Of a DNA stretch of 39,195 nt, positions 19,174 through 26,883 are shown piece after piece. Every line of letters begins with the position of its first letter. Within the stretch, counting starts at the first letter, position 1. The stretch is from a virus (lineage: Duplodnaviria > Caudoviricetes). The stretch spans positions 1 through 39,195 of the IMG/VR virus record IMGVR_UViG_3300044820_000043, one strand, 5' to 3'. Below the pieces are notes generated by a model. That model saw only the letters and a program-made list of their open reading frames with translations, was not told where the DNA came from and searched no databases. Both the position numbers and the translations under genes were made by a program.

Positions 19174-20106
19174 ATGGCAGAACGCATTTGCAGCTCTACT
19201 TCGGCCGTCTTAGAAGCCATCAATGATGGAGACACCCCGGAAATATCCGGACCGATCAATCTTACAATTCCACTCACGTGTGACATCCATTGCGTTGGCG
19301 GACAACAAACCTTTGTTGTTCGCGGCACTCCGACTATTATCATTGATGGAGACGCATCGACAGTGGTGTACGTGCTTGGTACTGGCTCTCCTACCATCCA
19401 CATTGGGGGCACGAGCAGCGCTACGGTTACAATTGACGTCGACGATGGAGCCACGCCTACCGTCGTAATAGACGACAGCGCTACACCGTCCGTCTCTCTC
19501 ACGAGAGGCGCTGCACACTTGGCGATTCAAGGAGCTTCACAGCCGCGCGTGTCTCTGCGGGGAGGTCAGGCGTTTTGCGTGAACGTGCTCGGTGCCGCCC
19601 AACCCCAGCTCAGTATCGAGACATCGCCAGGCGCGGCCTGGTCCATCGTGTTCGACGAACAGAGCGCGGGCAAGGTGGAAGTGATTGCCGCGGACGTTGC
19701 GGCCACGCTGACGATCCAAGGCGCTGCACAGCCTCAAGTGAACCTTCGTCAAGCTACTTGTCTTGCCGTAACCCTAGCCGGGACGTCTCCCGCGGCGGTG
19801 TACTCCTGGGATGACTGCGCCGCTGTAATCACGGCGGTCGACAACAATGCGTCGACTGTCTCGACATACAACAGGTCAAATCTGACGATCACGGGAAACG
19901 CCAGCACCCAACTGGCGGTCGACGCGCACCACAACTCGCAGCTTCTTGTCTCGGGAAGTGTGACCGTCACGCCAGATCGTAGCGTAGCGGTACAGGTATC
20001 GGGGGACGGCCCGACAGTCAATGGAACTTGCTTGCTCCAACGTATCGAAGGAACGTCACCACCTGTCTTCGAGCCGCCGGTTCGACTGCCGCCACCCGTT
20101 ACCTGA
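19174..20106 (+). CDS. Beta-solenoid repeat protein
   Basis: Imperfect ~10-aa repeats (TPTIIIDGDA, SPTIHIGGTS, TPTVVIDDSA, QPRVSLRGGQ, QPQVNLRQAT); AGGGGG RBS. Confidence 0.65.
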   Translation: MAERICSSTSAVLEAINDGDTPEISGPINLTIPLTCDIHCVGGQQTFVVRGTPTIIIDGDASTVVYVLGTGSPTIHIGGTSSATVTIDVDDGATPTVVIDDSATPSVSLTRGAAHLAIQGASQPRVSLRGGQAFCVNVLGAAQPQLSIETSPGAAWSIVFDEQSAGKVEVIAADVAATLTIQGAAQPQVNLRQATCLAVTLAGTSPAAVYSWDDCAAVITAVDNNASTVSTYNRSNLTITGNASTQLAVDAHHNSQLLVSGSVTVTPDRSVAVQVSGDGPTVNGTCLLQRIEGTSPPVFEPPVRLPPPVT

Positions 20107-20116
20107 AAGGAACCCC

Positions 20117-20476
20117 ATGGCATGGCTCTTCAATACGTTGTCCGACACTGGCGAGCACCCGTCCATCGACTCCCTGTCCTCGGAGACTTTGATCAAGATG
20201 AGCGAAACCCCCGCATCCGAGCTATTCGTGAGACAGATGCACGATAATTGCTGGGTGAAACGCTGGGTGCGAAGGTTCCGTCTCGACTTCGCTTTCGCCA
20301 TGGGGTTCTTTTTCGCCCTTCAATTGAGCGGCTATTTCCTGCTTCGATTCGCGATCTCGGACATCCGCAACGTCGTACGTACCGACGTGCTCAAAATCCT
20401 GGAAGAAAAACACGTCTCTTTCATCCCAGACACAACCCCCGCCATCCTCACCATGTCCAAAGGAGTCATCCCATGA
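20117..20476 (+). CDS. Single-TM membrane protein of the lysis cassette (holin/antiholin/i-spanin candidate)
   Basis: GAAAGGA RBS; one hydrophobic helix (FAFAMGFFFALQLSGYFLL) after a basic stretch; two genes upstream of the endolysin. Confidence 0.55.
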   Translation: MAWLFNTLSDTGEHPSIDSLSSETLIKMSETPASELFVRQMHDNCWVKRWVRRFRLDFAFAMGFFFALQLSGYFLLRFAISDIRNVVRTDVLKILEEKHVSFIPDTTPAILTMSKGVIP

Positions 20477-21165
20477 ATCGCGCCAAAGCCCTCACACTCG
20501 CCATCGCGCTTCTGTCCGCGCTGGCCTTGACAGGTCTCGCCTACGAACAAGTCGTACCCCCGAATTTCTCCGCTTTGCTCGTCGCCGTGGTGGCCGGCAT
20601 GTACGGGATCGTGCGGTCCTTGCAGAAAATCAAGGCCGGCGCAGACCTCAAAAGTCTGTTGGCGACGACGGAAGTGTGGGGCGCCATCCTGACCAACATC
20701 GCGGCCATAGCCACGAGTGCGGCGGGCGTCGTTTCGCCGAAGACGGCCGTCGCTGCTAGCGTAGTGGCTACCGGAGCCACCTACCTGGCCCGCGCCTTAC
20801 AACGAGGCACCCTGCCCCCCGTGGCTCCCGCGGTGCTGGTCTTCGCCATCATAGGATCCCTTGGTGGCTGTCACGGAGTGAAGCCCGATCAAGCGTTGGC
20901 CGACGTGGTCGACTGCGCGAAGGTCAACCCGGAGAATTCCGCCGCCGTACAGAGCATCTTCGCGTGCTTGTACGGGCTCGGGGAGAAAGATTCGACGGCC
21001 TGCATGGAAGGGCTCTTGACTGACGGCCGCTGGGCCGCTGCTGAAATTAAGTGTGTGGCGGCTTACATCACAACGCAGACGACTTCGGCCCCTGCCCAGC
21101 GCGCGGCTCTGTGGCTGTCCCAGCGGCGCACCGTCACCGTCAACCTGACGAAGACCGCCCCATGA
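20473..21165 (+). CDS. Multi-TM holin-like protein with internal lipobox and Cys-rich C-terminal domain
   Basis: AAGGAG RBS and ATGA coupling; 4-5 hydrophobic segments followed by VLVFAIIGSLGG-C (Cys133); adjacent to the endolysin. Confidence 0.62.
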   Translation: MNRAKALTLAIALLSALALTGLAYEQVVPPNFSALLVAVVAGMYGIVRSLQKIKAGADLKSLLATTEVWGAILTNIAAIATSAAGVVSPKTAVAASVVATGATYLARALQRGTLPPVAPAVLVFAIIGSLGGCHGVKPDQALADVVDCAKVNPENSAAVQSIFACLYGLGEKDSTACMEGLLTDGRWAAAEIKCVAAYITTQTTSAPAQRAALWLSQRRTVTVNLTKTAP

Positions 21166-21794
21166 GCGCGACGCCCAACTTCATGCAGGCGAAGTGCTTC
21201 CACCACGCCAATCGCGAGCGGGTGGACTTGATCGTCGTCCACACCATGGAGCTGCCGTGTCAGGCAGGCATGGCCAAGCGCCTCGGCGAAGTCTTCCGGG
21301 ACCTGGACACGACCATCGACCCGACCACGAAAAAGCCCCGTCACGCGCCCAAGTCTGCACACTTCGGCGTAGACCCTACCGAAGTGTGGCAGTATGTGCG
21401 CGAGGCTGATGTGGCGTGGCATGCGCCGAAGGCGAACGCCCGCGGCATCGGAATTGAGCACGCCGGGCGAGCCCTCGACGCCCGAGACAACACGGGGCGC
21501 ATTGTGGCGCCGTTCACCGACTGGACCGTCGAGCCCGGCTTGTCGGTTTTGAAACGTTCGGCCGCGCTCGTGGCGAGGCTTTGCCAGGCTTGGAAGATCC
21601 CGCCTGTGAAGCTCGGGCCTTCGGACTTGCTACGCGCTCAGCAGGGGATCTGCGGGCACCGGGACGTAACGATTGCTTACCCAGGCTCGGGCTCACACGT
21701 CGATCCAGGCCCTCGCTGGCCTTGGGCTTTGTACCTTGACTTGGTGGCGAAAGAGGTTTCGAAACTTGGCGCGCGGTCTGCGTCCCTAAGTTGA
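21162..21794 (+). CDS. Endolysin, N-acetylmuramoyl-L-alanine amidase (Amidase_2)
   Basis: Zn-amidase motifs IVVHTME, SAHF.V, WQYVRE.DVAWHA..AN..GIGIE, GICGHRDV and H.DPG..WPW. Confidence 0.93.
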   Translation: MSATPNFMQAKCFHHANRERVDLIVVHTMELPCQAGMAKRLGEVFRDLDTTIDPTTKKPRHAPKSAHFGVDPTEVWQYVREADVAWHAPKANARGIGIEHAGRALDARDNTGRIVAPFTDWTVEPGLSVLKRSAALVARLCQAWKIPPVKLGPSDLLRAQQGICGHRDVTIAYPGSGSHVDPGPRWPWALYLDLVAKEVSKLGARSASLS

Positions 21795-22032
21795 TCTCCA
21801 GCCGCCCAGCCGCGTTCGAGCGGGTAGGGCAGACCATGACCAGTTCTTGCATGTGCGCGGCCTGCTCTTCCAAGCCGATCTTCCGAAGCGCGCCCCAGCA
21901 CGCCGAAGCCTCGCTCATTTGGCGCATTCGTACCGCGTACTCGCCGTCGAAGGTAGTCACCTTATCGACGTTGCACGTCCCGCGAGCGTAGGCGCGCGCG
22001 AGTTCGTGAAACAGCATCCACGTAGTGCCCAT
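21514..22032 (-). CDS. Hypothetical protein, last gene of the - strand arm
   Basis: ATG 5 nt after the glycosyltransferase stop. The first ~80 aa fill the gap; the rest is antisense to the endolysin. Confidence 0.4.
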   Translation of the reverse strand: MGTTWMLFHELARAYARGTCNVDKVTTFDGEYAVRMRQMSEASACWGALRKIGLEEQAAHMQELVMVCPTRSNAAGRLEINLGTQTARQVSKPLSPPSQGTKPKASEGLDRRVSPSLGKQSLRPGARRSPAERVASPKARASQAGSSKPGKASPRARPNVSKPTSRARRSSR

Positions 22033-22036
22033 GGGG

Positions 22037-23665
22037 TTACTGCTTCGTCAAGAGTTGCCGAGCCCAGTGCCGAGCCGTGCCGTCTTTGCAGGACGTACAC
22101 CAGGCGGATTCGCGGCCGAACTGCACGAACGAATCGCGCGTATAGGACAGGCCGTATTCGTTGCGGATGATGTTCGACGGATGCGCTTCTACGATGAGCA
22201 CAGGACCGTGCCATATGTCCCAGGCTTCGTCAGCGGGGCATTGATGCAGGCTCGGCCGGTCGAGCCAGATCGACGTGTCCAGAATCATCGTTCCGTTGAT
22301 GTGGTCGTGCTCGCGCATGCGCGGGCCGGTGACTCTCTTTCCGTGCAGGCGCGTTTCGGCGTGCGCGGCTTTGAGACGGTCGATCCAGTCCTTCGTCATC
22401 GGGGCGCCGTCGGCCTCGAAGAAAAACGCCGAGCCGCACGAACGATTGCCTTGGTAGAACTCGGCGCAGAGCTGCGCAAGCGCACTAGCCCATGGGTCAT
22501 AGCAGACACCGGGGTAGGTCTTCCTGGCGTCGATCTTCGCCGTCAGGCGCGTGTAACGAAATTTTCGACCTACGCGAATCATGCGTAGATTGTCTTCCGG
22601 TGTGATCTGCGTGCCTTGCTGGGCTGCGAATACGAGAAGGACGTCGTCGCGGGGCTCGGGCTCGATGTCCGCTAATAGCTCGGCGAGCCCTAGCGCTTCG
22701 TGTTTGTCTTTCTCCCAGAACTGGAGCACGAGGGAAAGCGGCAGTCCGTTGTGCTTCGCAGCTTGTCGGCACATGGCCTCTTCGTCGCGCCATCCTTGGA
22801 TTTCCGCGGTCGTCGGGATGTGCCGAGCGGGGACGGACTTCGTAGGAGTAGGCGTATACGACTCTTTCGGCATCGCTACGTCCAGAAGATCCGACGAGAG
22901 AGGCGAAATGCGTTTGCCCCCTATGTCCAAGACGGTATCCGTAGGACGGAAGCCCGCACGATGGGTACTAACGACGTCGAGCAACTTCATTTTGTTGGCG
23001 ACACCTTTGGTCCAGTTTGCGTGATGGACGAGAAGATCCGCAGGCGGGTTTACCGGCATTCCAGGTTCCCAGTGCTTGTTATTGCGCCCGAAGGTCCAGT
23101 ACCGCTCAGGTAGGACGGAATTGCGGGGCGCGGGGATGTCTCCGTCCATGAAGTGTTCGACGAACGTAATCACGTGCATCGCATCCTGGTCGAGCTTGCC
23201 GGTAAGATACATCTCAGCCTGTACGCTTTGCCAAAACAGTCGCGTTCGTTCACTGGGGACAATCACCATGAAGCCGGAGCACTCTGCGCCAGCAGGCCCG
23301 TCCCATTGGAACGCTTGATCGGCATCCCGTCTTCCCAGGAAATCGAGAAGATCAGCCGTCACAGGGGCGTAGAAACGTACATCGACGTCCGCGTACAAAA
23401 ACGGCTGCTTTTCTCGTTCCAGGATTTCAAGGATGTAATACACCTTCGCGAAACACGTCTCGAAAAAACCACGTGTCCCGTACTCCCCCGTTGGGCTTTG
23501 TTGCGGAAGACGGCGAATGTGCAAGCGCGCATTTGGCCGCGCAGTCCATGGATCGTGCGTTTGTGCGTGAAAGGCAGCCTGTCCGAACTCTTTTTGTGCG
23601 GTAGGCAGGAAGTGACTGCACAACAGTTCGTGGTGCGAAGGCGAGAAGCAGGAATACAGTCTCAT
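22037..23665 (-). CDS. Two-domain glycosyltransferase (N-terminal nucleotide-diphospho-sugar transferase/GT77-like; C-terminal second GT-A-like domain)
   Basis: N-domain motifs FLYADVDVRF (DxD), CSGFM, DQD, LP..Y and HHANWTKG..NK. After a Pro-rich linker, the second domain has FFFEADG.P..DWI..L, HINGT and AWDIW. Confidence 0.78.
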   Translation of the reverse strand: MRLYSCFSPSHHELLCSHFLPTAQKEFGQAAFHAQTHDPWTARPNARLHIRRLPQQSPTGEYGTRGFFETCFAKVYYILEILEREKQPFLYADVDVRFYAPVTADLLDFLGRRDADQAFQWDGPAGAECSGFMVIVPSERTRLFWQSVQAEMYLTGKLDQDAMHVITFVEHFMDGDIPAPRNSVLPERYWTFGRNNKHWEPGMPVNPPADLLVHHANWTKGVANKMKLLDVVSTHRAGFRPTDTVLDIGGKRISPLSSDLLDVAMPKESYTPTPTKSVPARHIPTTAEIQGWRDEEAMCRQAAKHNGLPLSLVLQFWEKDKHEALGLAELLADIEPEPRDDVLLVFAAQQGTQITPEDNLRMIRVGRKFRYTRLTAKIDARKTYPGVCYDPWASALAQLCAEFYQGNRSCGSAFFFEADGAPMTKDWIDRLKAAHAETRLHGKRVTGPRMREHDHINGTMILDTSIWLDRPSLHQCPADEAWDIWHGPVLIVEAHPSNIIRNEYGLSYTRDSFVQFGRESAWCTSCKDGTARHWARQLLTKQ

Positions 23666-23672
23666 GGGGTTC

Positions 23673-24011
23673 TTATTCGTGAAGACGGGTTTCGATGCGA
23701 TGGCGTAGTGTCTGGTCCGGTTCGTAAATGCCGCTCAAAAGGCGGTAGCACTGCGGAGTCGAGCCCTCCAGCGCCGCGTGCATGTGGTACCGGAAAGCCG
23801 CTGCCTCAAGCCTCGCACGGCGAGTTTTTCCGACGACGTCCGTGAGAAGATCTAAGGGGAATTCCGACACAATCGACGCGGGTAGAGCTTCCACGCGCAG
23901 CGGTCCGGATTGCATGCGCACGACGCACGGGGGATCTTGGCTCGAAACGATGCAGGTCCTACCCTCGCGGTTCATGCGCACTGTGATTTTCGTAAGGTCC
24001 ATTACTTGCAT
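23673..24011 (-). CDS. Hypothetical protein
   Basis: AAGGAG RBS; fills the gap between helicase and glycosyltransferase. Confidence 0.6.
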   Translation of the reverse strand: MQVMDLTKITVRMNREGRTCIVSSQDPPCVVRMQSGPLRVEALPASIVSEFPLDLLTDVVGKTRRARLEAAAFRYHMHAALEGSTPQCYRLLSGIYEPDQTLRHRIETRLHE

Positions 24012-25525
24012 TTCACACTCCTTTTCTGCGCCGCGTATTCTCGGAGCGCATCGAACAAAGCTTCTTGCGTCTTGCCCTTCACCCCGAGCGTACGCACCAC
24101 CAATTCATCCACCGTACCGCGCGCCAAGAGCCGATGCACGACGACTGAATCTGCTTTCGACCCCTGCCGGCACACGCGCGCGATGACCTGATCGTACAGC
24201 TCGCGGTCCCACGGGCACGTGTAGAAGCAGAAATTCGCGCACGAACAGCCTTGCAGATTGAGCCCGTGACCCCCCGCCTGGGGGTGAATGAGAAGCACAG
24301 GTGTTTTGCCCGCGTTCCAATCGGCGATGATGGCGGATTGGAACGCGGGGTTGCAGTCTCCGTCTATGCTGGGCACGTTGCCAAGCGCCTTGCGGATGCG
24401 GGCGCGGTCGTGTTTGAACTCAAAGCCCACCATAAGGGGCTGGCCTTGTAGTTCATCGACCAGATCGACCAGGGCTTCGGTCTTCGCGTCGTGGATGTGC
24501 TGTACAGATCCTCCCGTCGAAGGCAAAATCAGATTGCGGCCTACCTGAAACCCATTGGGGGCGATACGCTCCGCTGTCTTTTGCAGCTCTTGAGGAATGC
24601 TTCCGGCTGCGTAGATTCCGCCGCTCGCGATCTGTCTGCACTTACCCGAGACGACGCCCGCACTACCTGCTACCACCACGTTGCCGTCGATCTCGGCGAT
24701 CATCTCGGCTTCCAAAGTATCGTAGAACTGCCGCGCTTTCGGGGGAAGGTCCACCCAGCTGTTGTTGGTGACCAACTCGGGTTCGTTCGAATCGCTGCTT
24801 GTGATGACGTAGGCCAGGTCTTTGATCGCTTCGTAGATGCGGGGCTCCGCACCAGGCGCCGGGCGCCATTCCTTGCCATTGTAGCCGCACGGGATGAAAA
24901 ACCGCTGGCGAAAATGCGTGATGTAGCGACCAAGGCGCTTGCCCTGGTCGAGCACGTAGCATTCACCAAAGAGGTTTTCTAGGCTGTTCGCGGACGGCGA
25001 TCCCGTCAAGCCCCACCTATACGCAAAGCGCGACAGATACGGAACCAAAGACTTGAAGCGCTTCGTCTTCGGATGCTTGAACTTAGACAGCTCGTCGATG
25101 ACTAGATACTGGAGCCCGCGAGAGATCAGCACTTCGAGGTGAGTGGGATTTCGCAGCCCGCGCGGCGCCAGCGCATCCATGGGGGAGCAAAGCCAGCCAA
25201 GGCCTTCATAGTTGATGACGTACAGATCCGCGTCCTTCGTGAACTCGACGTCTCGCTTCGGACCGTGAAGCAGAGCCGCGCGCAAGTCCTGGAATTGGTC
25301 CCACTTACCAAGCTCTCCGCGCTCGCTCCATACGTCGTAACACACACGCAGGGGCGCTAAGACAAGCGCCGAACCTCGGAACGCAGTGTGCTTGCGTACC
25401 GTCTTGAACGCGGCAAGTGCTTGCGCCGTCTTGCCCTTGCCGGGTTTGACCAACAACGCACCTTCGCGACGACTGACAAGGAAACGGATGCCTTCTTTCT
25501 GGTAGTCGTGGGGGACGAATTTCAC
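24002..25525 (-). CDS. SNF2-family (SF2) helicase
   Basis: PHDYQ Q-motif, PGKGKT Walker A, VIDELS Walker B, GLTGSP, GGHGLNLQ and Q..AR..RQG. Confidence 0.93.
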   Translation of the reverse strand: MKFVPHDYQKEGIRFLVSRREGALLVKPGKGKTAQALAAFKTVRKHTAFRGSALVLAPLRVCYDVWSERGELGKWDQFQDLRAALLHGPKRDVEFTKDADLYVINYEGLGWLCSPMDALAPRGLRNPTHLEVLISRGLQYLVIDELSKFKHPKTKRFKSLVPYLSRFAYRWGLTGSPSANSLENLFGECYVLDQGKRLGRYITHFRQRFFIPCGYNGKEWRPAPGAEPRIYEAIKDLAYVITSSDSNEPELVTNNSWVDLPPKARQFYDTLEAEMIAEIDGNVVVAGSAGVVSGKCRQIASGGIYAAGSIPQELQKTAERIAPNGFQVGRNLILPSTGGSVQHIHDAKTEALVDLVDELQGQPLMVGFEFKHDRARIRKALGNVPSIDGDCNPAFQSAIIADWNAGKTPVLLIHPQAGGHGLNLQGCSCANFCFYTCPWDRELYDQVIARVCRQGSKADSVVVHRLLARGTVDELVVRTLGVKGKTQEALFDALREYAAQKRSVKCK

Positions 25526-25547
25526 AGGCCGATTCCTTTCGGGTACT

Positions 25548-25847
25548 TTACCGGCTACGTTTGTGAAGCTGCGCGCTGGCGTACTTCAAAACAGCTTCGA
25601 TATCGTCGGAGGTGTCGATCCAGAACGCCACGAACCCCTCCCGCCGCAGTTGCGTCAACCAATGCTCTTGCAGATCGGAAGGCTCTTTGCCGGCTTTCTT
25701 GACTTCGATAAAGACCGCCTTCGCACGTGGCGCAAGTAGCAGCGTATCAGGCACGCCGGCAGTGCCGGGGGCTTCGAGCTTCCAGGCAAGCCAACCCGCC
25801 GCGCGCGCGGCTTTGAGCAGCTTCCCTTGGTACGCGGCCTCGGTCAT
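25548..25847 (-). CDS. VRR-NUC domain nuclease
   Basis: MTEAAYQ...GVPD.L......VFIEVK..G..PS.LQ..W...LR..GF motif. Confidence 0.9.
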   Translation of the reverse strand: MTEAAYQGKLLKAARAAGWLAWKLEAPGTAGVPDTLLLAPRAKAVFIEVKKAGKEPSDLQEHWLTQLRREGFVAFWIDTSDDIEAVLKYASAQLHKRSR

Positions 25848-26092
25848 GTGGGGTATCCGCCACGGAGAAGAGCCCATGCAGTGAAAAAGGCAAGCGCGCT
25901 CACCCAAGGCGGTGCTTCGGTGTGCTTGGCGGCTACCATCCCGGCGCGCATGCGTTCGGACAGCTCTTTCTCGCAAGTTTTCCAGGCTGCGAATTCATCA
26001 GCACCGAGCCCCTTGGCTTGCTTGTACGCCTTTTCCAGCGTGTCGTACCGATCACAAAGATCGGCGATCTCGTTGGTCGTCAGAAGGGGCAT
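25844..26092 (-). CDS. Hypothetical protein
   Basis: Helical ~82 aa (MPLLTTNEIADLC..), coupled to both neighbouring genes. Confidence 0.55.
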   Translation of the reverse strand: MPLLTTNEIADLCDRYDTLEKAYKQAKGLGADEFAAWKTCEKELSERMRAGMVAAKHTEAPPWVSALAFFTAWALLRGGYPT

Positions 26093-26808
26093 TGGCCACC
26101 CCCTTCTTTCCTGTTGTCCTTGCGGTAGAAACACCACTTACAACGGTACGACGGCGTAGGCTTGAAAGACGTATCGGCCAGCATCGGAGCTGCGCGCTTC
26201 TCCCAGTAGGCTTTAGCCGCGACAAGGTCCGTCACGACCATTGAACGATCTCGAATCTCACCCTCGTCGAGATAGTACAGCTCGGAGAACGCCGTTTGCG
26301 GGGAGTGCGTGACGATACCGGAATCATCAGCCGCCAAGACCAACGCACAGAGGTTGTACAGCTCGACTTGATCGACCTTGTCTTCGTATACGCGCCCGGT
26401 CTTAATATCGACCACACGCACGCGCCAATGCTTTTTCTGGCCGGGGATCAGCTCTTCCCAGAAAATGTCCATCTCGATTCGCAGCCACGCGGCTTTGTCG
26501 AAGTAGTCACACACCTTCCATTCGCGATTGAAGGCGATCTTTTTCTTGACCACGAGCCGCTTGGAAATCTTCCGCAACGCTGCCAACTCTTCGGGGAATC
26601 GTTCGCAGCTCGTCGGGAGCTTGTCCACGCGGCCGAAGATGTAGTCGAGCGCAGCGGCCTCCGTCGCCTTGCCTACCTTGAGCACTTCCCGCTCAGGTTG
26701 TGCGATCTTGTCGATGTTCTGGCATTTGCACGCAAACGGGCAGCCTTCCCAAGATAGTAAGCGTGAATAGGACCAGGCGGTCAACTGAGGGGGTCGTTTG
26801 ATGGGCAA
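26080..26808 (-). CDS. PD-(D/E)XK exonuclease (Cas4/RecB-like)
   Basis: WSYSRL..W.GCP, D....VVDIKTG, QVELY and C-terminal P...CKWC.Y......CP cysteine cluster; GAGGAG RBS before a TTG start. Confidence 0.87.
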   Translation of the reverse strand: MPIKRPPQLTAWSYSRLLSWEGCPFACKCQNIDKIAQPEREVLKVGKATEAAALDYIFGRVDKLPTSCERFPEELAALRKISKRLVVKKKIAFNREWKVCDYFDKAAWLRIEMDIFWEELIPGQKKHWRVRVVDIKTGRVYEDKVDQVELYNLCALVLAADDSGIVTHSPQTAFSELYYLDEGEIRDRSMVVTDLVAAKAYWEKRAAPMLADTSFKPTPSYRCKWCFYRKDNRKEGGGQCPF

Positions 26809-26883
26809 GGGGCTACTCCTCTTTGGTTACACGAATGAAAGGGATCTCAACTCGAAACACTAGGAAACGCACCAGATTGACGC

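Noticed and set aside
26080-26808. Cas4-like gene as evidence of a CRISPR-Cas system
   Set aside because: No cas1/cas2 or array is present; this is the usual stand-alone nuclease of phage replication modules.
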